A stretch of DNA of 62,969 nt, counting the filler. It is 5 parts of 5 records of this genome, joined end to end, with 100 filler letters (N's around TTAATTAATTAA, not from the genome) between each part and the next. Parts side by side here need not be neighbours in the genome. Positions count along the whole stretch, not along the records: positions 44,997 to 57,586 come from SRR31156797_25149; positions 57,687 to 62,969 come from SRR31156797_25174; 3 more parts are not named here. The stretch is one strand, 5' to 3'. The notes below the pieces were generated by a model that ran no database searches, was not told the DNA's origin, and worked only from the letters and a program-made list of their open reading frames with translations. The translations under genes and the position numbers were made by a program. Shown piece by piece: positions 48,257 to 58,544 of this stretch (position 1 is the first letter of the stretch; every line of letters starts with the position of its first letter).

Positions 48257-49554
48257 CAATCGTGTTTACGATCTTACTCGTTGTGATTTTCATGATGCTT
48301 CTGGGGGTACCCGTGGGATTTGCCTTCGGCCTCGGCGGATTTGCCATTCTCTTTTTCTCCGGCATAGACCCGAGGTTTGCCATGCCCGCGGCCTTTAGGT
48401 CCATAGAATCATACACCCTCATGGCCCTGCCCCTGTTTATCCTTGCAGGGGGACTGATCAGTGAATCGGGTATCTCCCGTCGCCTTCTCGACTTTACCAT
48501 GGCAATTGTGGGGCGGACCCGGGGAGGCCTTGGGGTTGTGTGCGTGGTTACCTGCACCCTGTTTGGCGCCATCTCGGGAAGCGCCTCCGGGGCCATCGCA
48601 GCCATCGGTTCCATCATGATTCCGGAGATGACCGAACAGGGCTATCCAAGGGGGTACGCCACAGGCCTGGTGGCCACCTCCTCAATGCTGGCCCTGCTTA
48701 TTCCGCCCAGCATCCCGATGATCGCCTTTGCCATGACCGCCCAGATCTCGATTCTTTCCGCCTTTTTGAGCACTCTCATTCCCGGGTTGCTTATGATGAC
48801 AAGTTACAGCATCATCAACATCTTCATGAGCCGCAGGATGGAGACGATCACCCTGGGGGAGGTAAGGAGTTCCCGGCAACGGATTTACGAAATCTCGACC
48901 ACCACCCGGCGCGCCACCTTCGCCCTTCTGATGCCGGTGATTGTCCTGGGGGGCATTTACGGAGGCATCTTTACTCCTACGGAGGCCGCGGCCATCTCAG
49001 CCATCTATGCCGCACTCGCCGGCACGGTGCTGTACCGAATCATGGATGCCAACACCATGGTCACCACGATCAAGGGGGCCATGGTCACCTCCGGAGCCAT
49101 CATGATCCTGCTATTCTTCATCCTCATGGTGAGCCGTATCATGGTGTTCCAGCAGGTTCCCCAGCACCTCACCGAAGCCATGTTCAAGATTACCACCAAC
49201 CGGTGGCTGGTGCTTCTGATGCTCAATTTGATCCTGCTGTTCATGGGCATGCTGGTTGACGATGTCTCAGGAAACATCCTCTCCGCCGCCATTCTTTTGC
49301 CGGTGGCCCAATCCGTGGGTATTGATCCGGTTCATTTTGCGGCCATCTCGGTGACCAACCTCTCCCTGGGCAACGTCACGCCTCCCTGCGCTCCCATGCT
49401 CTACCTTGCCGGCATGATCGGCGGTAACCTGCCCTTGAACGAGTATGTTAAGCCAGCTCTCTGTTTTATGGTGTTCGGAGCGCTGCCGGTCATCCTGATG
49501 GTGACCTATGTACCGGGATTTGCCCTGCTGCTGGTGGATCTGCTGCTGCGATAA
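48253..49554 (+). CDS. dctM: TRAP large permease DctM
   Basis: ALPLFILAG, FGAISGS, LIPPSIPM, GIFTPTEAA, GIDPVHF, TPP; AAGGAGG before ATG 48253. Confidence 0.94.
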   Translation: MTIVFTILLVVIFMMLLGVPVGFAFGLGGFAILFFSGIDPRFAMPAAFRSIESYTLMALPLFILAGGLISESGISRRLLDFTMAIVGRTRGGLGVVCVVTCTLFGAISGSASGAIAAIGSIMIPEMTEQGYPRGYATGLVATSSMLALLIPPSIPMIAFAMTAQISILSAFLSTLIPGLLMMTSYSIINIFMSRRMETITLGEVRSSRQRIYEISTTTRRATFALLMPVIVLGGIYGGIFTPTEAAAISAIYAALAGTVLYRIMDANTMVTTIKGAMVTSGAIMILLFFILMVSRIMVFQQVPQHLTEAMFKITTNRWLVLLMLNLILLFMGMLVDDVSGNILSAAILLPVAQSVGIDPVHFAAISVTNLSLGNVTPPCAPMLYLAGMIGGNLPLNEYVKPALCFMVFGALPVILMVTYVPGFALLLVDLLLR

Positions 49555-49575
49555 CAACTTATAATGGAGAAAACC

Positions 49576-50340
49576 ATGGAAAATAAAAGCGTACACTACG
49601 AATGCCGGGAAGAGGCCGGCATCATTACCCTGAATCGTCCCCACCGTCTCAATGCCATCAATCTGGATCTTTTAACCTCTTTTATAGAAGCGCTCTGCCT
49701 GGCAAGAGATGACCACTCGGCACGGGTGATCCTTCTCATGGGGCAGGGCAAGGCCTTTTGCGCAGGCGAGGACCTGAAGGAGACGGCCCTGGGAAAGGAC
49801 CTTGATCAATGGATCAGGGAGGCAGATTTGCTCCAGGAGGTCCAGCGAATGACCATGAAGCTTGGCAAACCAATGATTGCAGCGGTCCAGGGCTATGCCC
49901 TTGGAGGCGGTTGCGAGTTTGCCATGGGGTGCGATATCAGGATCGTCTCGGAAGACGCTGTGTTTGGATTTCCGGAAACCACGGTGGGGATGACGGTCAC
50001 CAATGCGGGCACCAAGCTTTTGACCCACCTGGTCGGCCTGGGCAAGGCCAAGGAGCTTATCTTTACAGGCGATTTTATCAATGCCCGACAGGCCCTGACC
50101 CTGGGGCTTGCAAACCGGGTGGTGCCAAAGGAGGAGCTGTTAACCGAAACCATGGCCATGGCCCGGAAGCTCTGTCAACGCTCCCCCCTGTCCCTCAGCC
50201 TTTCCCGCATCGCCATTGACCAGGGAATGGAGGCAAGTTTTGACCAGATCATGGAGCTTGAGCGTACCCATCTTCTGGTCTGCGCCCAGGCCGGAAACGA
50301 CTATGCAATAAAGCGTCTGAGAGAAATGGATACCGACTGA
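49576..50340 (+). CDS. Enoyl-CoA hydratase/isomerase
   Basis: LNRPHRLNA, FCAGEDL, GGGCEFAMGCD, FGFPE. Confidence 0.93.
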   Translation: MENKSVHYECREEAGIITLNRPHRLNAINLDLLTSFIEALCLARDDHSARVILLMGQGKAFCAGEDLKETALGKDLDQWIREADLLQEVQRMTMKLGKPMIAAVQGYALGGGCEFAMGCDIRIVSEDAVFGFPETTVGMTVTNAGTKLLTHLVGLGKAKELIFTGDFINARQALTLGLANRVVPKEELLTETMAMARKLCQRSPLSLSLSRIAIDQGMEASFDQIMELERTHLLVCAQAGNDYAIKRLREMDTD

Positions 50341-50361
50341 CGCCTGTCAAAGGAGACAACC

Positions 50362-51699
50362 ATGGGACAGACCCTGTTCAACCCGGAAATGGAGGCCATC
50401 TCACCCAACGACCGGCAGCGGATGGAAAAGGAGCGCTTGAGGGAGCAGATCGCCTATGTCTATCACAACAGTACCATGTACAAGAAAAAATTCGCCAGGG
50501 CAGGGGTGGGGCCTGACAGGATAGGGGAGGTGCAGGACCTTTCCCTGCTGCCCTTTACCACAAAGCAGGAGCTGAGGGATTCCCAGGAGAGAAACCCGCC
50601 CTTTGGTGATTTCCTGGCCGCCTCCCCTGAAAAGATCAACCGCATTCACAGGACCTCCGGGACCACAGGAAAATTCATTTATACGGCCCTTACACAAAAT
50701 GACCTGGCCCTTACCCACAATTGTGGGGGACGGGCCTTCTGGGCAGGGGGGCTCAGGCCCCACCACAGGGTGGTTCACTGCCTCAACTATTGTATGTGGA
50801 TGGGCGGTTACACCGACCATGCCAACCTGGAGGCCACGGGAGCTGCTGTCCTGCCCTTCGGGGTCGGCAACGCAAAGCAGATGGTGCGGATCATAAGGGA
50901 TGCCGGCATCAACGCCATCTCCTCCACCCCTTCTTATCCCAAATATCTGGAAACCGTGGTCCGGGAGGAGCTTGGCATGGAGCCCCGGGAACTCGGGCTT
51001 GAGTTGGGGCTGTTTGGGGGGGAGCCCGGCCTTGACAACCCGGTGCTCAGGGAACGAATGGAGGAGACCTGGGGCATGAGGGCCCAGAATGCGAATTACG
51101 GGGTGTCCGATGTGCTGTGCAACTTCGCATCCGTGTGCGACCACAACTACAAGCTCCATTTCCTTGGGCAGGGAGCCCTTCTGGTTCAGCTTATCAACCC
51201 GGTAACCCTGGAAGACATTCCCCTAGTGGAGGGAGTTGTAGGGGAGATGGTCCTTACCCATCTCAGGAAAGAGGCGCAACCCCTTGTTCGATACCGGACT
51301 TCGGACCTCATGGAGATTCTGGAGACCGGTCCCTGCTCCTGTGGCAGGACCGGATTCAGGTTCAGGATCACGGGCCGGGCGGACGACATGCTCCATGTCA
51401 AGGGAATCAACGTGTTTCCCAACGGGGTCGCTATGGTTCTTGAAGATCTGTTTCCGGATGTGACCGGAGAGTTTCAGATCATCCTGGATCATCCTTCCCC
51501 TTATACATTTCTTAACATCAATGTGGAACACGGAGATAGCATTCCGGACGAAGCCATGGAAGGATTGAAAGAGACCATCGAAACAAGGATAAAGGAGATC
51601 CTGAACTTCAGGGCAAGGGTCACCATGGTAAAACCCGATTCCATAGAGCGGTCCCGGATGGGGAAGGCCATCCGGGTCAAGAGAAACTATTCTTCATGA
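50362..51699 (+). CDS. Phenylacetate-CoA ligase family protein
   Basis: LPFTTKQELR, HRTSGTTG, GGEP, YGVSD, RYRTSD, GRADDM..KGINVFP. Confidence 0.9.
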   Translation: MGQTLFNPEMEAISPNDRQRMEKERLREQIAYVYHNSTMYKKKFARAGVGPDRIGEVQDLSLLPFTTKQELRDSQERNPPFGDFLAASPEKINRIHRTSGTTGKFIYTALTQNDLALTHNCGGRAFWAGGLRPHHRVVHCLNYCMWMGGYTDHANLEATGAAVLPFGVGNAKQMVRIIRDAGINAISSTPSYPKYLETVVREELGMEPRELGLELGLFGGEPGLDNPVLRERMEETWGMRAQNANYGVSDVLCNFASVCDHNYKLHFLGQGALLVQLINPVTLEDIPLVEGVVGEMVLTHLRKEAQPLVRYRTSDLMEILETGPCSCGRTGFRFRITGRADDMLHVKGINVFPNGVAMVLEDLFPDVTGEFQIILDHPSPYTFLNINVEHGDSIPDEAMEGLKETIETRIKEILNFRARVTMVKPDSIERSRMGKAIRVKRNYSS

Positions 51700-51736
51700 A
51701 AATATCGCATCCCATCGCCGCGATGCGAACAACGGC

Positions 51737-52333
51737 TCAGAGAATGATGAGGTCTGAGACCGTGGCGGATAGCTCTTCCGAGAATCCGGAATAGAAGTGG
51801 TCTGCTCCCTCCATGACCACAAGGTCGCTTCCCGGATTCAGCCGTTCCATGAGGGGGGTGACAACTGCCGGAGAGGCAAGCTCGTCAAGGGAGCCGGTTA
51901 CGGCTGAAACCGGGCAGTCTGTGGGGGTTGCCCCTGAGAAATCCATGAATGCCGCCGGCGGGGAGACCAGAAGCATCCGGCTTACCTCCGGGCGCCGGGT
52001 GTGGGCAATGACCCAGGCGCCAAAGGAGTAACCTGCCAGGTATGGCGCCTGGATTCCTAGACCCTTGAGATGGTCAAGGGCGTAACCCAGGTCCCGGGTT
52101 TCGCCCCTGCCGTTGTCAAACCGGCCCGTGCTTTTGCCAACGCCCCTGAAGTTGAACCTGAGGGTCGTAAATCCCTTTTCCCGGAACGCTCCTTCGATGA
52201 CGGATACCACGGGGTTGTCCATGTCTCCGCCGTAGAGGGGGTGGGGATGGGTGATCACCACCCCCCTTGTGGGCGACTGGATCTCAAGCCTTGCCTCGAG
52301 GGTGAGGGGGCCGGCAGGTATCTCTTTTTTCAT
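51737..52333 (-). CDS. Alpha/beta hydrolase
   Basis: HPHPLYGGDMDN, RFNFRGVG, GYSFG, GADHFY. Confidence 0.92.
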   Translation of the reverse strand: MKKEIPAGPLTLEARLEIQSPTRGVVITHPHPLYGGDMDNPVVSVIEGAFREKGFTTLRFNFRGVGKSTGRFDNGRGETRDLGYALDHLKGLGIQAPYLAGYSFGAWVIAHTRRPEVSRMLLVSPPAAFMDFSGATPTDCPVSAVTGSLDELASPAVVTPLMERLNPGSDLVVMEGADHFYSGFSEELSATVSDLIIL

Positions 52334-52350
52334 GGAGCCCCTCCTTCAGG

Positions 52351-52713
52351 TCAGGCTGCGGCTGTGGAAGTGGAAGACTTCTTTTTGGAAGCCCTGGGTT
52401 TGGGTTCCGCTTTGGTGGCCGCCTTTTTCTTGCCAGGGGTGCGTTTCTCCGGTTTTGCCTCCGGAGACGCTGCCGCCTTTGGCGGTTTCGCCCCCCTGAG
52501 AAGGGCGTTGACGGTATCACGTTCCTGGGCAAGGAGCAGGGAGATCTCTTCGTTCTGCTCCTCATCCAGTTTGATGTCGCTGTCCCTGAGAAAGGCATAT
52601 AGATTGTCTGCTATATCGAGCATTTTGTCATGGGCGTCGGCTTCTTTTTTTGTCGCAAATGTCATTTTTTCGACTCCGTTTCTGACGACGATGTATTGAA
52701 CAACTACTGCCAT
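52351..52713 (-). CDS. YebG-family protein with basic tail
   Basis: MAVVVQYIVVRNGVEKMTFATKKEADAHDKMLD. Confidence 0.85.
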   Translation of the reverse strand: MAVVVQYIVVRNGVEKMTFATKKEADAHDKMLDIADNLYAFLRDSDIKLDEEQNEEISLLLAQERDTVNALLRGAKPPKAAASPEAKPEKRTPGKKKAATKAEPKPRASKKKSSTSTAAA

Positions 52714-52724
52714 AGTCTACTCCT

Positions 52725-53684
52725 CTAATCAAACAAAGCATTGATAAATAATTCGGGATCAAATTCCTGAAGATCGTCTATGCCTTCCCCTACGCCGATA
52801 TATTTCAGGGGAACATCCATGGTGTTGGCAACCGATGCCACAATGCCGCCCTTGGCGGTTCCGTCCAGCTTGGTCAGGGCCAGGGCGGTGATGCCCACGG
52901 CCTCGTCAAAGAGCCGTGCCTGGGACAGGGCGTTCTGGCCCGTGGTGGCGTCAAGGACCATGAGCACCTCGTGGGGAGAACCCTTGAGCCGTTTTCCAAC
53001 CGACCGCTTGATTTTTTTGAGCTCCTCCATGAGGTTCTTCTGGGTATGGAGCCTGCCTGCCGTGTCGATGAGCAGGACGTCCATGCCCCTTGCAATGGCG
53101 GCTTCCACGCCGTCAAAGGCCACGGCTGCGGGATCTGCGCCTGCCCGGTGCTTGACAATGCCGACGTTGGCCCGGTTGGCCCACACCTCCACCTGCTCGA
53201 TGGCGGCGGCCCTGAAGGTGTCTGCCGCTGCAATGAGGACCTTTTTGCCCTGGTTGGTGAATTTGGTGGCAAGCTTGCCAAGGGTGGTTGTCTTGCCGGT
53301 GCCGTTGACCCCGACCACCATGATCACTTTGGGCTTTACCGCCTCGGCGGGGTCTTCCTCCGGAGATTCGGCCGGAAAGAGGGCGCTGATTTCCTCTCTG
53401 AGTACTGCCTTGAGTTCATCGGCCGTTGACAGTTTCTTGCTTTTTCTGGTGACCCGTTCCATGATCTCAAGGGTGATGTCCACCCCCAGATCCGCCATGA
53501 TGAGGCTCTCTTCAAGTTCTTCGAGCAGGGTGTCATCAATGGCTCTTTTGCTGGAAAAGAGTTCATCAATATCGGTGAAAAGAATATCCCTGGTTTTGGA
53601 TAGTCCTTGCTTTAGTTTTCCAAAGAGCCCTTTACGGGTCTCCTCCTGGGTTTCCCCATTATTTTTTTTAAGATTAAACGCCAC
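52725..53684 (-). CDS. ftsY: Signal recognition particle receptor FtsY
   Basis: GVNGTGKTTT, DTFRAAA, DTAGR, DATTGQN, TKLDGTAKGG. Confidence 0.97.
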   Translation of the reverse strand: MAFNLKKNNGETQEETRKGLFGKLKQGLSKTRDILFTDIDELFSSKRAIDDTLLEELEESLIMADLGVDITLEIMERVTRKSKKLSTADELKAVLREEISALFPAESPEEDPAEAVKPKVIMVVGVNGTGKTTTLGKLATKFTNQGKKVLIAAADTFRAAAIEQVEVWANRANVGIVKHRAGADPAAVAFDGVEAAIARGMDVLLIDTAGRLHTQKNLMEELKKIKRSVGKRLKGSPHEVLMVLDATTGQNALSQARLFDEAVGITALALTKLDGTAKGGIVASVANTMDVPLKYIGVGEGIDDLQEFDPELFINALFD

Positions 53685-54032
53685 GTTTGCTAATTCCTTA
53701 GTATAGTTTAGTATTGCTTCTCTTTTACATCTTTATCCCGAGTTTATCAAGGGGCAAAAGGGTTCGGGCCTGGAAACAGCCGGACTTCCCCCGGCCGATG
53801 ATCGGGATATGAACGATCCAAGGGCGTTGATATGATGAAGATACTTGCAAACAGGGCATTACCATGATAGTTGTTACCCATGAAAACAGGATTTACAAAG
53901 GTGGTGACCGGTCGGGTCATTATCATTAATACCGTTGCCATCGTTGAACAGGGGCTCCCGAGCTTTTTTTCAGAATTTCCGGACACAGTAGAAACAAGCG
54001 TTGTATAGAACAGATTTTTGCAGGGTTAAGCC

Positions 54033-55445
54033 ATGGCGGACACAACCAGTGTTAAACAGATCTATGAGTTGAGAACAGAGATAGAGCGTCTTCAATCCCA
54101 GAAGGACACCCTATTAAAGGAACTGGATCAGACAGAAGAGAATCTTGAAACGTCACAAAAGCTCTATCAGCGGTATCTGCCCCTGATCATCGATCTTTTG
54201 ACCGAGGGAAGAAGCGGGTTCCCGCCGGTGTTGAATGAGCTGAGCGCGGCATTTAAAAAAGGGTCCTCCCTCTCCAAGATCGAGTACCTGTTTTTTAAAT
54301 TCCACGAAGCCATGCTCAAGGAGGAACAGGCCGCGGGTAAAACAGGTGGTCCTTCCCTGTTTGCCAGGCTCTTCACCAGCTCCAACCGGCGTCTCCAGGA
54401 AGAGTTGAAACAGGGGTATCTCGAGATCATCAACACCTTGAAGGGCTCCCTGGAAAACAGGCACATGGAGACCCTCACCGCCCTTTCCAAACGGATTGTC
54501 AAGGCCAGGGACCTTCGGACCATTGGAAATGTGCGGGACGATCTCTTTGACCTGCTTCAGAATCACATTGCCGGACTCGGCGAGGACCGGCAAAAGCTCG
54601 CCCTGTTTGTCCAGGAGATTGTCCAGAGAATTGTGGGCATGGAGGAGCTCATCGGCAAGTCTTTTGATTATGCCCATGAGGTGCTGGAGCCGGGTGAGGG
54701 GTTTGACAGTCTGTTGACCGGGGAGATCGAACGGTTGAGGACGGATATGGATGTTGCCGAGACCCTGGACGAGCTCAAGGCCCAGGTCTCCGGTACGCTC
54801 CTGACCATTGAAGACGCCCTGAAGAAAAAGGTTGCCAAGGAGCGGATGATCAAAGAGGTGGCGGAAAAGAACCGGTATGCGTTTCAAACGGGATTTGCCA
54901 GGTTCAAAAAAGAGCTGGAAGAGGCCACCCGCCACTCCAGGGAACTTGAAAAGAAGCTCAACCAGGATCCCTTGACCGGGGCCTTCAACCGAAGGGCCTA
55001 CAACAAAAGGATCGAGGATGAGATGGACCGGTTTTTACGGTACGGCGCCCTTTTTTCCCTGCTGGTCATTGATGCGGATAATTTCAAGGACGTCAACGAC
55101 ACCTACGGCCACGCCATCGGGGATAAGTGCCTTCAGGAGATCATCAAGCGGACCGGGACCCATATTAGAAAGAGCGACATGCTGGCCCGGTACGGCGGGG
55201 AGGAGTTTGTGGTGGTGATGCCCGAGACCGACGGCCATGGCGCAAGAGAGGTTGCCGAGAAAATCCGGGAGACCATAGCCAAAATAGAATTTATTTACAA
55301 GGAAGACGCTGTAAAGCTTACAGTCAGCATCGGCGCCACCCAGGTCAAGGAAGGTGATGCTGTGCCCCAGGATGTCTTTGATCGTGCGGATGTTGCCGTG
55401 TATCAGGCAAAAGAGGGCGGAAGAAACAAGGTGGTGCTGAATTAA
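54033..55445 (+). CDS. Diguanylate cyclase with N-terminal coiled coil
   Basis: DPLTGAFNRR, DADNFKDVNDTYGHAIGD, RYGGEEF. Confidence 0.94.
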   Translation: MADTTSVKQIYELRTEIERLQSQKDTLLKELDQTEENLETSQKLYQRYLPLIIDLLTEGRSGFPPVLNELSAAFKKGSSLSKIEYLFFKFHEAMLKEEQAAGKTGGPSLFARLFTSSNRRLQEELKQGYLEIINTLKGSLENRHMETLTALSKRIVKARDLRTIGNVRDDLFDLLQNHIAGLGEDRQKLALFVQEIVQRIVGMEELIGKSFDYAHEVLEPGEGFDSLLTGEIERLRTDMDVAETLDELKAQVSGTLLTIEDALKKKVAKERMIKEVAEKNRYAFQTGFARFKKELEEATRHSRELEKKLNQDPLTGAFNRRAYNKRIEDEMDRFLRYGALFSLLVIDADNFKDVNDTYGHAIGDKCLQEIIKRTGTHIRKSDMLARYGGEEFVVVMPETDGHGAREVAEKIRETIAKIEFIYKEDAVKLTVSIGATQVKEGDAVPQDVFDRADVAVYQAKEGGRNKVVLN

Positions 55446-55470
55446 GAGAACATGGAGAATATAATATAGA

Positions 55471-57558
55471 ATGAGACCTTCATCCAGGATTGATATTGAA
55501 ACGCTGCTGAATCATTCAAAGACCGAGCGTGTCATCGCGGATATAAATAGAGAAACCATTGAACGGCGGACGTTCTTACCCAAAAAGTGCAAGGTGTTTT
55601 CCGAACGCTTTACCGTGCTTCAGGATCAGCCCCAATACCGGTTTACCATTGATCAGGAGGCGGAAAAGGTGTTGCCTGACATCATCGACAACCACGTCCA
55701 GAAGATCGTTCCCGGTACACAGGCGGATCAGCAGGCCCAGGACCTCTATTTCAAAAAGAGAAACATCGGCATCGTGTTTTCAGGGGGGCCTGCCCCCGGC
55801 GGCCATAACGTCATTGCCGGAATATTCGACGCCGCCAAAACCGCCAACCCCGACTCCAGGATATACGGGTTTATCCTGGGGCCCGAAGGCATCCTTGAGA
55901 ACGCCTATGTGGAGATCACCGAGAGCCTGGTGGATGCCTACCGGAACCTGGGCGGCTTTACCATGATCAAGACCGGCCGGACCAAGATCGACTCCCGGAA
56001 AAAGATGGATCTTTCCCGGGCCACCTGCAAGGCGTTGAATCTGGATGCCCTGGTGATCGTGGGCGGGGATGATTCAAATACCAATGCGGCCTTTCTTGCC
56101 CAGGAGCTCAAGGCGGACGGCATTCAGGTCATCGGTATCCCCAAAACCATTGACGGTGACATTCAGGTCAAGACCGAGGACGGCGAGGTGCTCTGCGCCA
56201 TTTCCTTTGGTTTCCACACGGCGGCGCGGGCCTTTGCCCAGAATATCAGCAACCTTTGCACCGATGCCAGCAGCGACATCAAGTACTGGCACATCTGCAA
56301 GGTAATGGGACGGGTGGCAAGCCACCTGGCCCTGGAGACGGCCCTCCAGACCCACGCCAACCTGACCCTCGTCGGTGAGGACCTTGCGGACTACGTTGAC
56401 CAGGATCGCCTCAGGGAAGCGGAGAAGCGCGGTGAGATTGATTATACCGCCTATGGCATGACCCTTCGCCACCTCTCCCGGCTCATCTGTGACACCATTG
56501 TAAAACGGGCCGCCAGCGGAAAGAATTACGGGGTGATGATCATTCCCGAGGGCGTGCTGGAATTTATCAACGAGATCCAGATCTTCATCATCAAGCTTTC
56601 CACCATCATTGCCGAGTTCAACGAGGTCCATGACGTGGATTTCCATGCCTCCTTTCCCAGCCTCGATGCGAGGCTCGACTACCTGAGGCGGCTTGCCAGG
56701 GGAATCAGTGACAGGGAAGCATCCCCCATGTGGAACCTGAGGGATGACGAGCTGTTCAACGATCTTCCCTCGTTTTTCCAGGAGGGGCTGCTGGTGGAGC
56801 GGGATACCCACGGCAATTTCCAGTTCTCCCAGGTCAAGACGGAGAAGATCGTCATGGACATGGTCACCGATTACCTGGATATCCTGAGGGAAAAAGGTTT
56901 GTATAAGGTGGGTATCAACGCGGATGCCTACAGGGCGGCCATGGAAAGGGAAGGGCTTGATGCCGGCGCTTTTGGCGAGGCCATCTTCAAAAATTACGGC
57001 AGCGCCGATTATCTGCTTGTAAAGGAGACGATCATCTCCCTCAAGACCCTGACCCAGGCGGTGGTGGCCGCAGGCCTCATCGAGGAGGGCCAGGCCTTGC
57101 CCGAGGTCGTGGTCGATATCTTCAAAAAGTCCGTTCCCAAGTTCAAGACCCAGACCCATTTCTACGGATATGACGGCCGGGGCAGCGATCCCACCAAGTT
57201 CGACTGCAACTACACCTACAACCTGGGATTGACCGCCTTCAGCCTTATCGCCAATGGTGCAACCGGCCAGATGGCCGTGATCAAGAACCTTGAGCACAAG
57301 TTCTGCAAATGGGAGCCCCTGGGTATTCCCATCTCGAGCCTGATGCACCTCGAGGAGAGAAAGGGAAAGCTTTCCCTCGTCATCGAGAAGAGCATCGTGG
57401 ATGTGGACTCCAACGCCTTCAGGATTGTCAAGGCCCTGCGCCAGAAGTGGATGGCCGCCGAACCCGGTGAAGACTGTTACCGGCGTCCCGGGCCCGTCCG
57501 GTTCACCGGCAGCAGCGAGGAGGACCGTCCCATCACCCTCATGCTGAACTCCATCTAA
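55471..57558 (+). CDS. 6-phosphofructokinase, probably PPi-dependent long clade
   Basis: SGGPAPGG, GGDDSNT, PKTIDGD, MGR, GYDGRG. Confidence 0.88.
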   Translation: MRPSSRIDIETLLNHSKTERVIADINRETIERRTFLPKKCKVFSERFTVLQDQPQYRFTIDQEAEKVLPDIIDNHVQKIVPGTQADQQAQDLYFKKRNIGIVFSGGPAPGGHNVIAGIFDAAKTANPDSRIYGFILGPEGILENAYVEITESLVDAYRNLGGFTMIKTGRTKIDSRKKMDLSRATCKALNLDALVIVGGDDSNTNAAFLAQELKADGIQVIGIPKTIDGDIQVKTEDGEVLCAISFGFHTAARAFAQNISNLCTDASSDIKYWHICKVMGRVASHLALETALQTHANLTLVGEDLADYVDQDRLREAEKRGEIDYTAYGMTLRHLSRLICDTIVKRAASGKNYGVMIIPEGVLEFINEIQIFIIKLSTIIAEFNEVHDVDFHASFPSLDARLDYLRRLARGISDREASPMWNLRDDELFNDLPSFFQEGLLVERDTHGNFQFSQVKTEKIVMDMVTDYLDILREKGLYKVGINADAYRAAMEREGLDAGAFGEAIFKNYGSADYLLVKETIISLKTLTQAVVAAGLIEEGQALPEVVVDIFKKSVPKFKTQTHFYGYDGRGSDPTKFDCNYTYNLGLTAFSLIANGATGQMAVIKNLEHKFCKWEPLGIPISSLMHLEERKGKLSLVIEKSIVDVDSNAFRIVKALRQKWMAAEPGEDCYRRPGPVRFTGSSEEDRPITLMLNSI

Positions 57559-57586
57559 ATTGGGGTCAGGCCTAGCTTATTAGCTT

Positions 57587-57686
57587 NNNNNNNNNNNNNN
57601 NNNNNNNNNNNNNNNNNNNNNNNNNNNNNNTTAATTAATTAANNNNNNNNNNNNNNNNNNNNNNNNNNNNNNNNNNNNNNNNNNNN
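57587..57686. other. Artificial contig spacer
   Basis: 44 N + TTAATTAATTAA + 44 N. Confidence 0.99.
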
Positions 57687-58541
57687 CCATCGGGACATTC
57701 TTCTGATGTCCTTTTCGTCGTCATTGGCCGTCGGGAGAACCAGGTTGACAATTTCCACCCATAAGCCGGTTTCCATTAGCGTCTCAAGGGTTTCCAATAC
57801 GGGTTTAAGCCTGGCCGAGCAGTATTCCCGGTAATATTGTTCGGTAAATCCTTTCAGGTCGACCTTGTACGCAGACAAAAACGGGGCCAGCTTTTTAACC
57901 GCCTGCCTGGATATGAAGCCGTTGCTCACGACCACGCAATCAATGCCGGATTCCTTGGCCAGCTTGGCGATATCGTACATGTATTCAAAAAAAATGGTCG
58001 GCTCGGCATAGGTCAGGGCGATGCTGGGTATGTTTTTTTCCACGGCCAGCTTGACGACTTTTTGCGGCGATAAATAGAAAGCATCTATCTCTTCGGGTTT
58101 AGCCTGGGAAATTTGCCAGTTTTGACAAAATTTGCAGATAATATTGCAACCCGGCGTAGCCAGGGAAAGGACCATGGTTCCGGGACGAAAATGATAGAAC
58201 GGCTTCTTTTCTATAGGGTCGTTGTGCAGGGCTACGGTCCGCCCGTAGACCAATGTGAAATAATCGCCGTCCCTGTTTTCCCTGACCCCGCAACGGCCCC
58301 TGCTGCCGTCGCTGACGCGGCAATTCCACGGGCACAGGCCGCATTCGATGCGGCCGTTGTCCAGTTTTTTATAAAACATGGCCGGACGGACAAATGAAGC
58401 GTCGCCTTCCGCCGGTTCGCTTTCAGGTTTATTCAGGGGCGGGGCGGCTTCATGGGCAAGGGATTCGAGTGGATACATGGAATTGAAGCCCAGGCCGGCC
58501 GCGGTCAAACCGGAATATTTTAAAAAATCTCTTCTTTTCAT
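57687..58541 (-). CDS. amrS: AmmeMemoRadiSam system radical SAM enzyme with Tat signal, 3'-truncated
   Basis: MKRRDFLK; CGLCPWNC..GRCGVR, DPIEKKPFYHF.PG, GCNIICKFCQNWQISQ, TYAEP. Confidence 0.92.
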
Positions 58542-58544
58542 TGT

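Noticed and set aside
52780-53706. 308-aa plus-strand ORF
   Set aside because: Antisense shadow of ftsY.
53747-54008. Small ORFs in the ftsY-GGDEF divergent intergenic region
   Set aside because: No RBS or homology cues; more likely promoter DNA.
56074-57348. 424-aa minus-strand ORF
   Set aside because: Antisense shadow of the GC3-rich PFK gene.
57559-57586. GGGGTCAGGCCT at the contig end as a mobile-element terminus
   Set aside because: Too short and truncated; no partner repeat or transposase visible.
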